Below are positions 60,717 through 64,000 of a DNA stretch of 64,000 nt, one piece after another. Position numbers and translations under genes: made by a program. Position 1 is the first letter of the stretch, and every line of letters starts with the position of its first letter. Source of the DNA: Chiloscyllium plagiosum (lineage: Eukaryota); NCBI RefSeq assembly GCF_004010195.1, contig NC_057754.1:9673700-9737699 (forward strand). Reading direction: 5' to 3'. A model generated the notes under the pieces. That model was not told the DNA's origin. It saw nothing but the letters and a program-made list of their open reading frames with translations, and did not search any database.

Positions 60717-61062
60717 TTAGAATCATAGAATCCTTGCAGTGTTGAAACAGACCATTGGCCCAACAAGTCCACACCAACTCTTCGAGTATCCCACCCAGAC
60801 CCATTCCCCTAACCTATTACTCGACATTTCCCATGACTAATGCATCTAACTTACACATCCCTGAACACTATGGGCAATTTAGCATGACCAATTCACCAAA
60901 CCTGCACATCTTTGGATTGTAGGAGGAAACCGGAGCACTTGGAGGAAACCCACGCAGACATGGGGAGTTTGCACAAACTCCATACAGACAGTCGCCCGAG
61001 GCTGGAGTCAAACCTGGGTCCCTGACACTGAGGCAACAGGGCTAACTACTGAGCCACCATGT
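60717..61062 (-). mobile_element. HE1-type V-SINE
   Basis: Full head, V-domain, (TAGAATC)n tail. Confidence 0.9.
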
Positions 61063-61389
61063 CGTTCAACTTGTGGCGAACTTTGCTGGAACACTGCAAC
61101 AAGCCTGATATCCTACAGGTTCACATTATGTGACAAAGCAAAAGCACTCTGGAAGCTTGTGATTTCAAATAAACCTGTTGGACTATAACCTGGTGTTGTG
61201 TGACTTCCGACTATGTCCACCCCCGTCCTATACCATCACATCCACAACATTGTAGCAAGCTTGAGGCAGAGATATTGGCCAAGGAACAAGATGGTGTTGA
61301 AATGGCAGTCAACTGGAAGCTCAGTCTGCTTTATGGACAGAACATAGTGGTCACCCAGTCTATATTTAGTTTCCCCAATGTAGAGGAGG

Positions 61390-64000
61390 TGAAAGGGAGG
61401 ACTGCAGATGCTGGAGATCTGAGTAAAGTCGAGACCTGAAATCTGCTGGAAAAGCACAGCAGGTCAGACAGCATCCAAGGAGCTGGAGAATCAATGTTTC
61501 AAGCGTAATCCCTTCATCAGGAATGAGGCCTGTGGGTCAGAGGGGCTGAGAGATAAATGGGAGGGGGATGGGTTTGGGGCTAAGATAGTTGAGAATGCGA
61601 TAGGTAGATGAAGGTGAGGGAGAAGATGATAGGTCGGAGAGGGGGTGGGGCGGATAGATGGGAAAGGTGATCGACAGAGCAGGAGGGCGATGCCAAGTTG
61701 GAGGCTTGTGACTGGATAATGTGGGGAGAGAGGAAATGAGGAAGCTGTTGAAATCCACATTTATCCCGTGTGGTTGCACGGTCGCAAGGCGGAATATGAG
61801 GCGTTCCTCCTCCAGGCATTGGGTGGTTAGGGTTTGGCGATGGAGGAGGCCCAGGACCTGCATGTCCTTGATGGAGTGAGAGGGGGAGTTGAAGTGTTCA
61901 GCCATGGGGCAGTGGGATTGGTTAGTGTGGGTGTCCCAGAGATGTTCTCTGAAACGATCTGCAAGTTGCCGTCCTGTCTTCCGGACATAGAGGAGAACAC
62001 ACTGGGTGCAACAGATACAGTAGATGACATCGGTGGGAGAGGGGGATAGGACGGAGAGAGGGGTGGGGCGGAAAGATGGGAAAGGTGATCGACAGGGCAG
62101 GAGGGCGGTGCCGAGTTGGAGGCTTGTGACTGGATAATGTGGGGAGAGAGGAAATGAGGAAGCTGTTGAAATCCACATTTATCCCGTGTGGTTGCACGGT
62201 CGCAAGGTGGAATATGAGGCGTTCCTCCTCCAGGCATTGGGTGGTTAGGGTTTGGCGATGGAGGAGGCCCAGGACCTGCATGTCCTTGATGGAGTGAGAG
62301 GGGGAGTTGAAGTGTTCAGCCATGGGGCAGTGGGATTGGTTAGTGTGGGTGTCCCAGAGATGTTCTCTGAAACGATCTGCAAGTTGCCGTCCTGTCTTCC
62401 GGACATAGAGGAGAACACACTGGGTGCAACAGATACAGTAGATGACATCGGTGGAGGTACAGGTAAATTTCTGTCGAATGTGGAAGGATTCCATGGATCC
62501 TTGGACGGAGGTGAGGGGAATGATATGGATGCAGATTTTGGGTTGAGGGCTGGTGGGGGTCATGGACCTGATGAGGGAGTTGTGGAGGGAATGGTCTCTC
62601 CAGAACACTGATAGAGATGGGGAGTGATGAAAATCTCTGGTGGTGGGATCTGTTTGTAGGTGGCGGAAGTAGCAGAGGATGATGTGGAGGTTGGTGAGGT
62701 GGAAGGTGAAGACTGGGGGGGTTCTGTCCTTGTTGTGTTGGGAGGTTGGGGTTCAAGGGCAGTGGTGCAGCAAGTGGAGAGATGCGCTGGAGGGAAATTG
62801 TGATGTTGGAAGAAGGAGGCCATCTGCGATTTTCTAAGCTGGAATTGGTCATCCTGGGAATGATGCGGCAGAGGCGGAGGAATTGGGAAGAAGGGATGGC
62901 TTTTTATCGGAGGCAGGGTGGGATGAGGTGTAGCTGAAGTAGGTATGGGAGTCAGTGGGCTTGTAGTGGATGTCCGTGGTTAGTCGGTCGTCGGAGATGG
63001 AAATGGAGAGCTCCAGGAAGTGGAGGGAAATGCCTGAGATGGTCCAGGTGAATTTGAGGTCAGGGTGAAAGGTGTTTGTCAAACTGATGAACTGTTCAAC
63101 CTCCTCATGGGAGCATGAGGTAGCACCAATATAGTCATTGATATAGCGGAGGAACAGGCAGGGGTTGGTGCCGGTGTAGCTGTGGAAGATGGACTGTTCC
63201 ACTTCCTCCAGCGCATCTCCTCCACTTCCTGTACCACTGCCCATGAACCCCACCCCTCCCAACGACAGAACCCCCCGGTCCTCACCTTCCACCCCACCAA
63301 CCTCTGCATACATCACATTATCCTCCGCCACTTCCGCCACCTACAAACAGACCCCACCACCAGAGATATACATCACTCCCCATCCCTATCAGTGTTCTGG
63401 AGAGACCATTCCCTCCGCAACTCTCTCGTCAGGTCCACGACACCCACCAGACCATACCCCACTCCCGGGCATCTTGCCCTGCCACCGCAGGAAGTACAAA
63501 ACCTGCACCCACACCACTCCCCTCACCTCTATCCAAGGCTCCAAGGGATCCTTCCATATCCATCAGAAATTTACCTGTACCTCTACCAATGCTATCTACT
63601 GTATCAGTTGCACCCAATGTGGTGTCATCTACATCGGGGAGACAGGACGCCTACTTGCAGATCATTTCAGAGAACATCTCTAGGACAACTGCACAAACCA
63701 ACCCCACCACTGAACACTTAAATTCCCCCTCCCACTCTGACAAGGACATGCAGGTCCTGGGCCTCCTCCATTCCCAAACTGTTACCAACCAATGCCTGGA
63801 GGAAGAAAGCCTCCTATTCTGCCTTAGGACCCAGGAACCACATGGGATAAATGTGGATTTTAACAGCTTTTTCATTTCCGCTCCCCCCACATTATCCCAG
63901 TCACAGGCCTCCAACTTAGCATCGCCCTCCTGCCCTGTCCATCACCTTTCCCATCTATCTGCTCCACCCTCTCTCCGATCTATCACCTTCTCCCTCACCT
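61390..64000 (-). mobile_element. Penelope-like element (RT C-terminus plus GIY-YIG) with inverted 5' segment (~63200-64000 on +) and a 418-bp tandem duplication
   Basis: FLRYINDYIG..TFHPDLKFT..FLEL....HYKPT RT motifs; IYCI.C..C...Y..ETGR..ADRFREH on both strands; 61635-62037 repeated at +418. Confidence 0.92.

Overview
Eukaryotic, repeat-saturated DNA from a cartilaginous fish (shark). The HE1-type V-SINEs, HER1/CR1 LINEs and shark-type C2H2 genes indicate an elasmobranch; the species is not determinable here. The only intact host genes are three paralogous, KRAB-less tandem C2H2 zinc-finger genes on the minus strand (10, 12 and 8 fingers). Each has a single coding exon and a CpG-rich promoter candidate upstream (~15.4-15.9 kb, ~25.4-25.75 kb, ~58.5-58.95 kb). 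Most of the rest is nested, mostly decayed TEs: an L1 3' end, two Tx1-clade LINEs inside a solo LTR inside a CR1, many CR1 copies, HE1 and other tRNA-SINEs, two Tigger/pogo-like MITEs, Penelope-like elements (PLEs) and an ERV remnant. There is one assembly gap (44073-44292). Most notable: (1) an ERV-like element (LTR, tRNA-Ser PBS, B-box repeat leader, integrase remnant) runs directly into a spliced-looking fragment of RBPMS/RBPMS2, a candidate retroviral gene capture; (2) many tiny TSD-flanked fold-back PLE derivatives carry minimal hammerhead ribozymes of three sequence types, with one fully paired copy in sense orientation downstream of a ZNF gene; (3) the ZNF paralogues share an invariant WKC..LE.HRRSH finger and a 13-nt 3'UTR motif while other fingers diversify. 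All family assignments come from motif recognition by eye, not database searches, and TE boundaries without a TSD are approximate.
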